A DNA stretch of 64,000 nucleotides from the NCBI GenBank assembly GCA_951406725.2, contig OX597824.1:33914001-33978000 (forward strand), written 5' to 3'. Position 1 is the first letter of the stretch. Each line of letters begins with the position of its first letter. The notes below the pieces were generated by a model. The model made no database searches and was not told the DNA's origin. It saw nothing but the letters and a program-made list of their open reading frames with translations. The position numbers and the translations under genes are program-made. Positions 14,328 to 28,236 of the stretch are shown here, one piece after another. This DNA is from Octopus vulgaris. Its lineage: Eukaryota.

Positions 14328-14700
14328 GGTGCAGGAGTGGCTGTGTGGTAAGTAGCTTACTTACCAGCCATATGGTTGGTGGCACCTTGGGCAAGTGTCT
14401 TCTACTATAGCCTTGGACCAACCACAGCTTTGTGAGTGGATTTGATAGATGAAAACTAAAAGAGGCACTTCATATGTGAGTGTGCACAAGTGTGCATGCA
14501 TTTGTGTGTCTGTGTTTGTTCCCCCAACATCATTTGACAACTGATGCTGGTGTGCTTACATCCCTGTAACTTAGCAGTTCAGCAAAAGAGACTGATAGAA
14601 TAAGTGCTAGGCTTACAAAGAATAAGTCCTGGGGTCAATTTGCTCAACTAATGGCGGTGCTCCAGTATGGCCACTTTCGAATGACTGGAACAAGTAAAAG
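14328..14700 (+). mobile_element. SINE family A (older copy)
   Basis: Diverged match to the other copies. Confidence 0.8.
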
Positions 14701-15602
14701 AATATATGTATATTGCCTTATTTATCATGTTGCTGTCAACTAGGATAGCTGGTCCCTTTGCTGGGTTCACTTGGGAGACTCCCCTTTTCCATTCATATGT
14801 GTGTGTGTGTGTGTGTGTGTCCATCACCACCTGACAACTGGTGTTGGTGTATTTACGTCCCTGTAACTTAGCACTTAAGCAAAAAAGACCAATAGACTAA
14901 GTACCAGGCTTTGATAAAAATAAGTACTGGGATCGATTCATTTGACTAAGAATTCAAGGTGGTGCCCCAGCATGGCCACAGTCTAATGACTAAAACAAGT
15001 AATACTACACCCCACCCTTCAATCAAGGGCCCTTGTCTTGCAAACCACTTGGTGACCTCAGTAGTGCCAGTGACATGGAAAAGCACCCAGTACAAGGGCA
15101 TCCAGCCATAGAAGTCATGTCAAAAACAGACATTGGCACTTGAAACAGTCCTCTGACCTGTTGGATCCTGTCAAATTATCCAACCCTTGCTAGCATGGAA
15201 TATGGGGACTAAAAGATGAAAATGGTAATGAAATATATGCATGTGCCCTAACACTCTCTTTACCTCTGTCTCATCTATTTTTCTTACATGCAACAGACCT
15301 TGTTACATTTTCTTTTTGTTTCCTGACTTTATTTTAGCCACTTCTTGTGTCCATTTGGTCTCATTCCTAACTATATGTAGCCGCAGAACCACATTTGGAA
15401 ATAGTAATGGTTGAAGCAAAATCTATATACATTGGGGGTGGAAATGACAATTGATTTTTGCATGAGCACCAGTGGAAGTTGTGACAGCTGATTGCACTCA
15501 AAAGTTACACAGGAACATACATACTTGTAAAATGCTCAATGAGTAAACCAACCAGTTGACTGAACAACTGGAATTTACACAAAATCGACAGGATATCTAT
15601 CA

Positions 15603-15637
<35 letters not shown>

Positions 15638-16295
15638 ATCCACTTTTCCATGCTTGCATGGCTCAGACAGAGCAATACCAAAACAAAGAGATATAAAGAT
15701 ACACAAACTCCACACACATAAATATATATACACAACAGGCATTTTTCAGTTTCTATCTACCAAATCCACTTACAAGGCTTTGGTCAACTTGGGACTACAG
15801 TAGAAGACACATGCCCAAGTTTCCACAACGTGGGACAGAACCTGAAACCATTTGATTGGAAAGAAAGTTTGTTAACCACACAACCACATCCATGATCCTG
15901 AACTGGCAGTGTTCATCTGGATGGTCAGTGACCCAGGGCAGAGAATCAATCCTGATTGTTGAGTAGGTGTGGAGAAACTTGGAAGATTGTAGATACTTTT
16001 GTGCAGGGCAGGAACTGGTCATTGCTGATATGGGTTCAAAATTCATTACCAAAAGATGTGAAAGCACAAAGCAGAGACCAAGTGGAAGGTCGAGTGGTAT
16101 AGTCCCCACGGTATGTTGAGGGGGAGGTGAGTGGTAGAAGGGATGGTTGAGGAGTGGGAAGTAATGATGTGGAGAAAGCAGTGGGATGGTTGAGGGTGGG
16201 TGTAAGGGATGAGAGATTAGGATGGAGTGTTGCTACAAAGTGAAGTGGAAGAGAGAGTGGCATTTGCAGTTTTTGGTGGGCAAGAAAGTCAAAGA

Positions 16296-16510
16296 GGCGG
16301 TGAGCTGGCAGAAACGTTAGCACGCTGGATGAAATGCTTAGCAGTATCTCGTCTGGCTTTACGTTCTGAGTGCAAATTCCGCCAAGGTCGACTTTGCTTT
16401 TCGTCCTTACTGGGTTGATAAATTAAGTACCAGTTGCGTACTGGGGTCGATCTAATCGACTGGAATCCTCCTCTAAAATTTCAGGCCTTGTGCCTAGAGT
16501 AGAAAAGAAA
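16296..16510 (+). mobile_element. SINE family B (variant tail)
   Basis: Family head and central domain, flanked by AAGAAAGTCAAAGAGG repeats. Confidence 0.8.
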
Positions 16511-17159
16511 GTCAAAGAGGTGATGGTTGAGGTGTAGAATGAAGAGAAGAATGGCTGGGGCAAGTGGTGGGACACAAAGAGAGAAGGAAGTAGGACAGAG
16601 AGAGAGAGAGGGGGGGTAGTCCAGGGGGCAGATTCAGGGAAGGATGGAATGAGAGGAAGTGAGGAGTGGTAGAAAGAGTGACTGACAATGGGAGATAATG
16701 GTGTGGTGGGAGATGAGAAGAATGAGCCAGAAAAGGCTCAGTGATGGGGAAGAGTATGGGGTGGGGTGGCCTGAAACTACAGAGGATGGGGTGATGGTGG
16801 AGGCAATGGCTGGAACAATGAGAGAAGAACTGAGGATTCCAAAGATTAATGAGAGAAAGTAGAGAGGAATTGTGTCAGCTGGTGGAGGAGTAGATTCTTG
16901 CAGAAAGGATGAAGGCCTGGCCTGGTGATGGAGTAAAGAAAAAGGGGAGATGAAGAGGGAAAAGAAGTGAGGAAGAGAGTAAAGAGAGACATTGTAGAGA
17001 GAAAAGTGTGAGAGGGTGGGGAAAAGGTGTAAGAAGTGTTGCGGAAAATTGTGGTGATGAACAATTCAAAGTGAAGCTGTAAAATGTGAGGGTGGGCTGA
17101 AAAGTTCACAGGCTGACTATGAAGGAGTGATGCTAGAACTGTGATATCCTGCATGCATT

Positions 17160-18350
17160 AATTTCAACTCTTCTTATTGATAACTGCATTGTATCTTCCC
17201 AGGTAAACTGATATCTGACTGTTTAAAGAAAACTTCAAAACTAGTAGTGACTTCACTTGAAAATGGATCAAATTTGGCATCATGGTCTTATCAAGTACCT
17301 GCAGAAAAAGGGTTTAGCCCCCAAAGGACATTCATGTTATCATGGTTGCTATATTAGGGGATGACACTCAAGCTTTGCCAACAGTGCAGAAATGGGCAGC
17401 TGAATTTAGGAGAGGAAGAGAGGGTCTTGAAGATAACCTGATGTCTGGACGTCTTGCAAGTGCCACTATCAAGGAAAACATTGATCGTGTTCACCACATG
17501 GTGATGGATGACAGGTGATTGACAATAAATCAAATATCCAGTGCTATTAACATATTCTGTGAGAGAGTTGAGAATATTCTGCACAATGAACTTGGCATAA
17601 TGAACGTTTTTGCTCAGTGGGTTCCACATCTGACACCTGATCAAAAGCACACCAGGCTAATCACATCAATGGAAAATCTTATATTGTTTGAGACAGCTGG
17701 TTTTCCTAACCCAGGATGAGTGTTGGGTTCATTACTTTGAGCCAGAGACAAAGAGACAATCCATGCAGCGGAAACACCCCTCCTCACCTGCTCCAAAGGT
17801 TGTTTCAACTGCAGGAAAGGTGATGGCCACAGTGTTTTGGGATGCAAAAGGCACTGTGTTTACTGACTATCTTTAAAAAGGCCAAACCATCAATGGATAG
17901 TACTATGCCAACTTACTGAGACAGTTATGAAAGTCTATCAAGACCAAACACTCAGGAAAACTAACGAACAGGATCTTGTTTCATCAGGCAAAATGTTTCA
18001 GTACACATGTCCTTGTTTTCAATGGCCACTCTGCATGACTGTGGCTTTGAACTGGTTGATCATCCTCCCTATTCTCCATGATTTGGCCCCATCTGACAAT
18101 CATCTGTTCCCCAACATGAAAAAATACTCAGCTGGGAACCAATATCATAGTGATGATGACATCATATCTGCTGTTGATGACTTTTTTGATAAACAGGATG
18201 AAAGCTTCTTCACCAATAGGATTCAAGCACTGCAACACTGATGGAAGAAGTGTATTGACCACAAGAGAGACTGTGTTGAAAAATAAACCTCATTTGGTCA
18301 CATTCCATGAGTGTATCTTGGAGGCTATGAACTATTCAGCTGACTCTTAT
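17160..18350 (+). mobile_element. mariner (DD34D-type) transposon fossil
   Basis: From ATG 17263: IKYLQKKG...VQKWAAEFRRGR..SGR, QWVPHLTPDQK, TQDECWVHYFEPETKRQSMQ, GKVMATVFWDAKG, DLAPSDNHLFPNMKK, with frameshifts and stops. Confidence 0.9.
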
Positions 18351-18379
18351 AGGAGCAAGAAATAGTAATCCAAAGTGTG

Positions 18380-18682
18380 TGGAGGCACATGGCCTAGTGG
18401 TTAGAGCAGCGGACTTGCAGTCGAGGGATCGCTGGTTCAAATCTCAGACCGGGTGATGTGGGTGTTTATGAGCGAAACACCTAAGCTCCACACGGCTCCA
18501 GCAGAAGGTAATGGCGAACTTCTGCTGACTCTTTTGCCACAACTTTCTCTCACTCTTTCCTCCTGCATCTTGCAGCTCACCTGCGACAGACCGGCGTCCC
18601 ATCCAGGTGGGAAACCTATATGCCAAGAAACCGGAAAACCGGCCCTTATGAGCCAGGCATGGCTCGAGAAGGAACAAACAAC
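18380..18682 (+). mobile_element. SINE family C
   Basis: TGGAGGCACATGGCCTAGTGGTTAG tRNA-like head. Near-identical inverted copy at 39550-39840. Confidence 0.82.
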
Positions 18683-19096
18683 ATAATCCAAGGTGTAAGA
18701 AATTCCAACATACAAGAATGACAGAGAGAATTGGCTGCATAGGTATAGGAGATTTGGATGAGTGTGCAATAAATATATATTGTATTGGTTTTGAATTTTG
18801 GAACAAGGCCAGAAATTTCAGAGGAAGGGGTTAAGTTATATTACATTAATCCCAGTACTAAACTGGTGCTTATTTTATCAACCCCGAAAGGACAACAGGC
18901 AAAGATGACCTCAGCAGTATTTGAAATCAGAACATGAAGACGGACAAAATGCCACTAAACATTTTGCACAGCACGGTAACAACTCTGCCAGCTCACCACC
19001 CCTAGCACAATATATTATGCTAACAAGGGGAACACTAAGCAATGTTGATTGAAATATAGGTGTGTACAATTCATAAACATCATCAAATATGTTTAA

Positions 19097-19305
19097 CCCT
19101 TTAGTGTTCAGATTATTCAATCAAGCATAATGCCTATTGATTCCCATTGATTTGAATTGATCACGCATTATCTCATATCTTCAAGATCTTGATGGTGTAA
19201 TTACTTAATGTAGAATAACATTGTAGGGTAGGTGTGAGAGCCTGGATCTGGTCAGTTTAAACATAAAACAGACTAGCTATTTTGGTCGGTTTAAATACTA
19301 AAGGG
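19097..19305. mobile_element. piggyBac-like MITE (TTAA TSD)
   Basis: TTAA|CCCTTTAGT ... ACTAAAGGG|TTAA. Confidence 0.75.
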
Positions 19306-21353
19306 TTAACATGTTCCATGTACATTCAATAGTGGAAACTGTCTTGGGAAAGAAATTCACCTTAGTGACAATGTATGTAGAAAACACATCACTATGCCAT
19401 GAATAATGTCGTTCAATTGTAGGACACATCTGTGCATTATTACACATTGTCACCAAATTGAGTGTGTACAGCCCAGTAAGAGCTGCTATTCTTTTATTTA
19501 AAGAGCAAATAGTAAATTTGCTGACATATGCAAAGGTTTGTCAAGCTGTTACTAATTAACTAGAAGCACACAAAGCAGTAATGAATGAAATATATGTGAA
19601 TACAATTATATTTAACACAGTTGTAAACATATATATATGGAAACACCCTCGCTGTGGAAATTGTTTTTGGAAAGAAATTCACTTCAGTGATAAAGGGTGT
19701 GAAACACACCAGTTCAGTAAAATTACTGTTTGCTGTTTCAATCTATACATACATAAATATAATAAATACACACACATATATATACTTATATCTATAAAAT
19801 AATAAAGGTGGCTACTACACACAATATAAAACTAAAAGGGAAACATACTTATATCTACATATATATATATATATATACCTTTGCACACATATATATACAC
19901 ATATATACAAGTAAATATGTAAATATATATACACATACAAATCTATATACATACATTGATAAGGATATATGTATAGTTAAAAAGATAAACAAAGTTAGAA
20001 AAGTCACAGGAGTACATTTTAGAAAACATTTAATAAAATATAACCAGTTTAGATGTATTCATCTTATCAAATATTACAAAGAAATTTGGGGAGAGTCACA
20101 AAGAAAAAATGGAGTTACCAGTTTGTACCCATATTTGAGTTTATATATATATCAAACATAAATTAAAAACACAACACAAAGGATATCGCGATACACGTGT
20201 TTCAAGCTTTATACAGGTACTTACACTTATCAAGTATTCACTCTAAACTTACAGATAGATATATACACATATGCACACACATACATAGATATATATACAT
20301 ACAATAAGACCACATGTACAGAAACTCCAGGTACATCACTGGTAAAAGTAGTGTGTAAATCTCATAAATTTGTGGGGTTTTTTTTACATTGTGTACAATG
20401 TAGAAACACACATCCACCTTTCCATTCTTGCATGAGTCAGACAGAATTCTGGTGAGGCAAATTTTCTAAGGCCTGATGCCCTTCCAGTCCCCAATCCTCA
20501 CTGGCTTCTAAGCCAGGTAATATTTTTGAGGCATATTTTACAAGGAAAAATGAACATGAACAACATTGCTTGTAATGACAGTGATCTTCGCTTAAAGCCA
20601 TCACCATGTCAAGCAAACATACACACACACACACATAAATACACACAAATACATATAAATATATACACACGCGTTTGCATACTTACATATATACAACTAT
20701 TCAACATACCTACATGAATACGTACAACTATCCATACATATATACAGGCATATATTCATTCATTCATCCATACACAGATACAATGATGCAAACATAGATA
20801 TATGCATACATCCAAACTTTATGTAAGGGAAGGAATCTACTGCGACAAACATTACTGTAATATTTTTATTAGAATTTATATTTCCTCTTCATGAAAAATT
20901 TACTCAACTGGTTTTGTTTCCTTTAACATACACACACACTCTCTCTCACTCTCTTCATATATATACATATATATATAGAGAGAGGGAAACCACTATGTGG
21001 ACACCCTTATGCTAGAAATAGATCCACTATGGTAGCAGAAGGGTGTCATGATGGGTATACTGGGCTTTGTATATTTTACCCCAGTGTCACTTCAATAGCA
21101 TGCACTGCTCCCACTCAATAATAATAATAATACTTTCTAATATAGGGACAAGGTTTGGAATATGAAGGGAGGAGTAACAAATGCAAAGCCGGTACGTTTT
21201 TCATAGTGGACTCCCTCTAATATGTATATAATACAATTTTACTGAACCTTCAGTTTTTTTATATGCTAGACCACTGGTGTGAAATCGATGTTAATTAAAT
21301 TAATATCTAATTTCACACCCTCATTTTAAATTTTTATATATATATAAAATATA

Positions 21354-21749
21354 GGCGCAGGAGTGGCTATGTGGTAAGTAGCTTGCTAACCAACCACATG
21401 GTTCTAGGTTCAGTCCCACTGCGTGGCATCTTAGGCAAGTGTCTTCTGCTATAGCCCCGGGCCGACCAATGCCTTGTGAGTGGATTTGGTAGACGGAAAC
21501 TGAAAGAAGCCCATCGTATATATGTGTATATATATATATGTGTGCGTGTATGTTTGTCTGTGTTTGTCCCCCTAGCATTGCTTGACAACCGATGCTGGTG
21601 TGTTTACATCCCCGTCACTTAGCGGTTCGGCAAAAGAGACCGATAGAATAAGTACTGGGCTTACAAAGAATAAGTCCCGGGGTCGATTTGCTAGACTAAA
21701 GGCGGTGCTCCAGCATGGCCGCAGTCAAATGACTGAAACAAGTAAAAGA
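21354..21749 (+). mobile_element. SINE family A
   Basis: Full-length copy, nearly identical to 24431-24828 in the opposite orientation. Confidence 0.88.
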
Positions 21750-21950
21750 ACAAAAGAACATAAAAGAATATATATATGTATATATATGTATGTATATACA
21801 TATAGAAGGCAATATCCAATTTACCCCAATGATGAAATGCTGAGTATACAATACAAATCAATCTGGGACTGCTATTTATAAACAGCTTTATGAAATATTC
21901 ATGTCAATAAATGAATAATAATAACGATCATGAAATAACGAGATACTCAC

Positions 21951-22105
21951 TGACAAGGAGACAACAGTATAGATGAAGCCTCGTTATCTCCCATAACGGA
22001 CACTGAGGTATGCTGCAGGATCACTGATGTGAATCTAATCAACAAGACGAACGACGGCTCTACATTGAGAACTATAGAAAGTTTGTGTTGGAATATCCAG
22101 TCCAT
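21951..22105 (-). CDS. candidate alternative first coding exon of LNX (RING-less isoform)
   Basis: Repeat-free island. Open frame MDWIFQHKLSIVLNVEPSFVLLIRFTSVILQHTSVSVMGDNEASSILLSPC (second ATG at 21994) ends at consensus donor CA|GTGAGTAT in phase 2, the phase required by the downstream LNX exon. Confidence 0.5.
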
Positions 22106-24381
22106 CCATGTTTGTTGTTGTCATTAAATGTAGTAGCAGAAACACTGCTGCTCATCCAGCAAGTAATCCCAGCTACTCCACAGTGTTTCAGGTGAAAGGA
22201 AGAATGCTACACGCAAATCCATCTTGATAAACAGAGCTAAACAACCAGAACAATAACTTAATTTATTAAAGTAGATTTAACTTCCGCCACTTTATCTATG
22301 GTTGGGTGATAACCGGTTCATTATCTTGTTTGTTCATACTAGTCACAGCAAATAACAAGTTTTAATTTGTATTTAATTTCACCATGGTTAAACAGGGAAA
22401 TTGGGTTTTGTTTTAAAAAAATAATCACAAAAATTTCTAAGTGCTTCAAATCTCATTTCTTTAAAAATCCATTAACTCTTTTAATGCAGTCCGGAAATTA
22501 AGAAATAACGGCAAAATAATAAAATGGAATAAAATTGGAATACAATATTTTAATATATTGAAACTTGTAAATAATATCAGGATTTTGTCTAATCTCAAAT
22601 CAAACTTATTCCTTTTTTTAAAGTTGAAATTGTGAAATTTTAAACACCAAGCTGAATGTTTTAATGCCTAAAAACATGAAACAAGTCTCTTTCTTGCTTC
22701 TTCTGGATCAAAATTTTCCAAATATAAATGAAATGAAAACAAAATACACCAGGTTACTGTAAACAATAGCTGTGAATTATTTACTGATAGTTTAAATTTA
22801 AACCGAACATTATAATACACTCAGCTCAAACTAGTCATGTTATCGTTAAAGGAAATGAAAATAGATAATGAAGATTATTTATCTTGTAAAAATAAAAATT
22901 CACAAAAGAATAAAATTTCCTGTGAAAGCAATATATAAAATAAAATACATAAAAAATATACTCAAACTAAACCCAGAATAAAAGAGAAGTATGACAGCTT
23001 GTTGATCTGAAGTGTAGCTGACCAGAAAACCAGATGAGAGTGTAACACCATGTTCAGGTACACAACAAAATATGCTGGCTTACCTAAATTATTTTGTCAA
23101 TAGGAAAACAACATATTTTCCTAATGTCATTGAACACTAATTTTCCATAGATATCAACAAAGTGATTATGACAACTGAAAGAGGATTAAAAAGTTCAGCT
23201 AAAGATATGGAAATATTAAGAGATAATAACAATAACCCAGCTTCTATCAAACGGGATAAGTTGTAATAAAAGTTACTCAAAAATGATTACTAAACATATT
23301 AACACCAGGTGGTTAATAATTGAAGTGTGAGTAATAAGGTTAGCAGTTATTATTAGCTTAAAAGATTGTCTGATGTGGAACAAAACCTATTTTAGCTTGT
23401 TGCTGTTGCATTGTGATAGTAGTAGTAATTGTAGTAGTGGTAGTGGGCTGTGTTTGAATAATAATAATAATGATGATGCAGTCAGTCAGTGAGCTCTTTA
23501 TCCAGACACTACCCCTGCTGCTCCTAATGGTAACAGATCAATACCCAGTATTTTCCACAAGCATGAAAACAGAAAAAGAACTGGTTTAGAAGATCTATAT
23601 AGTTGCTAAAGTACAGCTGTAGTTGATGTCAGAGATGACAACAATAGCAGCAGTAACAGTGGTGGTGATGGACGAGTGAGGGAAAACCTCACCAATAGCA
23701 GTGAGCATGTGTGATGTGTGTGTAGGTGTGCGTGTGTACATAATAATTTCTACTGTAGGCTGTTATCCTGAAGGGCATGTGAATGCTGTTGTCATTGTTG
23801 TTTAACTTCAGGACAAACAGACCAATGGTCAAAAACAAAAATCTTGGTCATACCATTTTCAGTCAGACATAAAACCTCCCGGGTGAACCATCCTACCAGA
23901 TTCAGTCAGAGTACCTCTAAGGTTGAACGTCCTAGCAATTTTAGTCATAGTTCTCTAAGGCTACATTAGATAGAAATACCATGTACGGTTGAAAATGATG
24001 GGACAGTCAAGGTTTCCTCTTTGAAGGCAGTTATGTGTGAATTGAGGGAGATCTGGGTGCTATTTCTAACCAGTCAAGCAGCCACATAGATGCTTATGTG
24101 AAAGTTGTTTGAAAGAATACACGAAGGCACAGTCTTCTAACATTTCCTCTTTATAATGTGGTATCTGGCCATTTTGTTTTTATCCAACTCACAAATAGCA
24201 TTTCTTGCTTAAGGAATAATCTACAACACAATAATTGTTGGCATGGTTGTGATGTTAAGGGCTTCACTTCCCAAACCATGTAGTTTTGAGTTCAAGTCCA
24301 CTGCATGACACCTCAGGCAAGTGGCTTCTACAATAACGCTAAACCGACTAAAGATTTGTGAGACAAAACCTAAAAGAACCC

Positions 24382-24430
<49 letters not shown>

Positions 24431-24431
<1 letters not shown>

Positions 24432-24828
24432 TCTTTTACTTGTTTCAGTCATTTGACTGCGGCCATGCTGGAGCACCGCCTTTAATCGAGCAACTCGACC
24501 CCAGGACTTATTCTTTGTAAGCCCAGTACTTATTCCATCGGTCTCTTTTGCCGAACCGCTAAGTGACGGGGACGTAAATACACCAGCATCGGTTGTCAAG
24601 CAATGCTAGGGGGACAAACACAGACAAACATACACGCACACATATATATATATACACATATATACGATGGGCTTCTTTTAGTTTCCGTCTACCAAATCCA
24701 CTCACAAGGCATTGGTCGGCCCGGGGCTATAGTAGAAGACACTTGCCCAAGATGCCACGCAGTGGGACTGAACCCGGAACCATGAGGTTGGTTAGCAAGC
24801 TACTTACCACACAGCCACTCCTGCGCCT
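24431..24828 (-). mobile_element. SINE family A
   Basis: Full-length copy within (TA)n. Confidence 0.88.
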
Positions 24829-26332
24829 ATATATATATATATACTTACATACATACATACGTATGTATGTATGAGTGCATGTGTCTCCTTGTGTGATAGT
24901 TGTAAATGAGTATTACCATCATACAAGCAGTAGCCTTAGTGACCAATATTCCATAAAAACATGCCAAGCCTTAGGGAAATATTATCTTGCTTGGAAACAG
25001 ATGAAAGTTGGTGTCAGGAAGGGTATACTACCATAGAAAATCTGTCTCAATGAATTCTGTCTAACAAATGCAAGCATGGGAAAGTGAATATTAAAACAAT
25101 GACAATTCCATAGAACTGAGGTTCACTCCCATGGTTCTTCTTCCTGTTTTCCACATTGGTTGCTATATGTAGCCTATAAACACAGCATCTTACCCAGCAA
25201 GCCATCAACAAGCATTTAAGATAATAGCAGATACTGTTTACTTCACTACTTCTACAGTTCATTCTGTACATCTTTGAGTGTAAAACACAAGCTTGATAGG
25301 TTATTTTGAAGAAGTCCCTTAGAGCAGTGCTTCTCAAACAATCTGATGTGGCATACCGGCAGCTGATGGCTCACAGACCAGCACCAGTCCATGGACCACC
25401 ACTTTGTGTAGCACTGCCTTTTAGCTCTTCCAAGTGGTAACACTGATAACTATGTGCCTTTAGTGGATCCTAACTCACTGCAAACATAACAGCCAACGTT
25501 CTATAAACATTATAACTGTCAGTTTGGTTAAACTGGAAAATATTCACTTGACTTGACACTGAATGTCCTAATAATTGATGTAGTCGTCTAAAATAAAGCT
25601 TCCAAAGTGATATATTTGTTGGTGTACAAGGCACGCTTTTTTTTATTTGCTAATGTATCAAAAAATTGCCCTGCAACTAATCTGGCCATATTACAAATTT
25701 GCAAACAAGGGAACTGGCTTAACATAAACCCACTTGGCACAATAACTGTGACTAATAATAAAATACTGAGAACAAGCCAAAATATCACAGTCTGTTAGCA
25801 CAAACTTATGAAAAATTGCTTATGTTACATCAGCAATTATGTAGGGAGGTCATATCATCTTTTTATACCTCCTTCCTCATCAAACACAACCTGCACCTGA
25901 GATATGTCTTACATTATTCAATAGTTCTGTTACTTTTACAAAATATATATTTTTTTAATTGCCTAAATGAAACATTCTCCTAAAAAAAGATGAAAAGAAT
26001 GTTGACAAACTTTCATCCATCTCTCATCTACTTAACAATGAGTAGTTATCAAGAAAGCTGTAACAATGGTATACCACATTAATGGCTGATTGTAGTTACG
26101 TGAAACATCACAGCCAGAAATACAAGTTTTACATCTTATATGGTAATTCACTCGACCAAAATATGAACAATTACACAGTTGGTCTGAAACAAGATAAGGT
26201 TGAAATACAATACTCATATAAAGTGGTTTATTTATGATAAATTTATGGTTTCATACAACGTTCCAGCATGCTGCCACAGCATTTTATTTTCTTGTATAGA
26301 ATCATACAGTTTTCCAAACAAAACTATTTTAA

Positions 26333-26985
26333 CCTTTTATCATTCAGATCACTCACCTAAATATAATGCTTATTCATTCAGATTGTTTTTAATTAACCAT
26401 GCATTATCTTGTAGCTGCAAGATTTTGATTTAACTGTTTATTTTTAGAATATTATTGTAAGGTATGTGTGAAAGGCTGGATCTGGCCAGTCTGAACATAC
26501 AAGAGGTAGAATATTTGAACTGGATACAGCTGGTTTAACCCTTTAGTGTTCAGACTATTCAATCAAACATAATGCCTATTGATTCCCATTGATTTGAATT
26601 AATCATGCATTATCTCATATCTTTAAGATCTTGATGGTGTAATTACTTAATGTAGAATAACATTGTAGGGTAGGTGTGAAAGCCTGGATCTGGTCAGTTT
26701 GAACATAAAACAGATTAACTATTTTGGCCGGATATGGCCAGTTTAAATACTAAAGGGTTAACCCTTTAGCATTCAGATTACTCAGTCAAATGTAATTCAT
26801 ATGTATTCACATCAATATGAATTAGTCCTGCATTACTTTGTAGCTTTGAGATTTCAGTGGTGTGTTTGTGTATTTTTGGAATAATATCGTAAGGTAAGTG
26901 AGAAAGGCTGAATCTAGCCAGTTTGAAGATAAAACAGGTAGATTATTTTGGCCAGATATGACCAGTTTAAATGTCATAGGGGCTA
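26333..26985. mobile_element. three head-to-tail piggyBac-like MITE copies
   Basis: Copies start at ~26333, 26539 and 26762. TTAA 26758-26761 is shared. The middle copy is nearly identical to 19097-19305. Confidence 0.72.
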
Positions 26986-27568
26986 AAATATCTTTCGATA
27001 AGTATACAATGAAACATATTGAATTCCTTTTTCCACAAATTATACTTGTAAAACATGCGTGTGTCTACACTGACAAATATGTTAATTAAAGTGCTTTAGA
27101 TTGGTAGTTTGAGACATTAGTTATGAGGCAGATGAAGGAGGTGTAATCCATCCCACTGAAGGGAAACTCCCTTCTTCATCATACTATTAGCATCTTTACA
27201 CAACTGCAAACTACAACTGCTGCCATGAGGACTGCTTGCAGTTGCAAACATATATACCTTCAACATGTTAGGATCTCATGTACACATTAAGAGCACAACT
27301 TTGTTTAAAATGTTATACAAACATATATATATATATTCTGCTTTCTTCCAAGGAATCTAATTCTCTTAGCTTAGTTTTTCCTTGGGGCTGGCCAGATTGG
27401 AGCAATCTCGAGTATAACTAGCTGAAATTGCAAAGATAATCTGGAACTCGACTGAGGAAAGAAAACTCCAAATGACCCATCCTTGTTTTCTTTGTATCAT
27501 CTATGTAGATGTTTTGTTGTCCCCTTTTTTGTATCACCCAACTGTCTGGATGTTTTGCGTTCTTGTCC

Positions 27569-27604
<36 letters not shown>

Positions 27605-27840
27605 GACAATTACAATGAATATGGAGATTAATACATTCACATATTATTTTTTATTTCTACAATCACTTATATAGTATATTTGATTTAAATGGGTCCAATG
27701 GATGTTTCTGCTACATAGTCATCTTGCAAATTGCAGTTGCACTCAGTTACATTCCTCTGGTTATTAGTCTATGCAACTTTATTCAAGGTCCTGCCACTGA
27801 CATGGTCTGAAGCGAACTAAAGGTATTTAGGTTTAGCTAA

Positions 27841-28236
27841 CACTAGCAGTATCACCCAGCGTTGCTCAGGTTTGTTTCAACCCTTTAGAATTGGAATTTT
27901 TGAAAAGTAAAAATTTTGCGTTATATAGCTTGTTATTCTCTTTAAGTGAACATTTTTCTGGTTGAAATACACCGAAAAATGGCGACACAGCAGTAAAAAA
28001 ATCGTTAAAAAATAGGGATTTTCATAGAAAAAAAGCACTTTTTTGATGTAAATAATATTTGGTCTTAACATGGTCCGATTTGAATTTTTTCATCTACGGA
28101 AGGAAGAGCAAGCCTTCTTCTATCATACTCTCAATTTTGGTCAACTTGCGCCACAGGGTCTCGGAGGAGATAGAGTTAGTTAAAGGCTACCAAACCTGCC
28201 ATACACAGACAACTTCAGCTTTATATGTAGAGAGAT
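27841..28236 (+). mobile_element. possible non-autonomous Helitron/Helentron-like element
   Basis: Starts ACTAGC...CCCAGCGTTGCTC and ends ...CAGACAACTTCAGCTTTATATGTAGAGAGAT, end patterns typical of DINE/HINE-like elements. Confidence 0.4.

Noticed and set aside
18380-18450. tRNA-like sequences (also 28535-28600 and 46075-46140)
   Set aside because: These are SINE heads with A/B boxes running into SINE bodies, with no complete cloverleaf.
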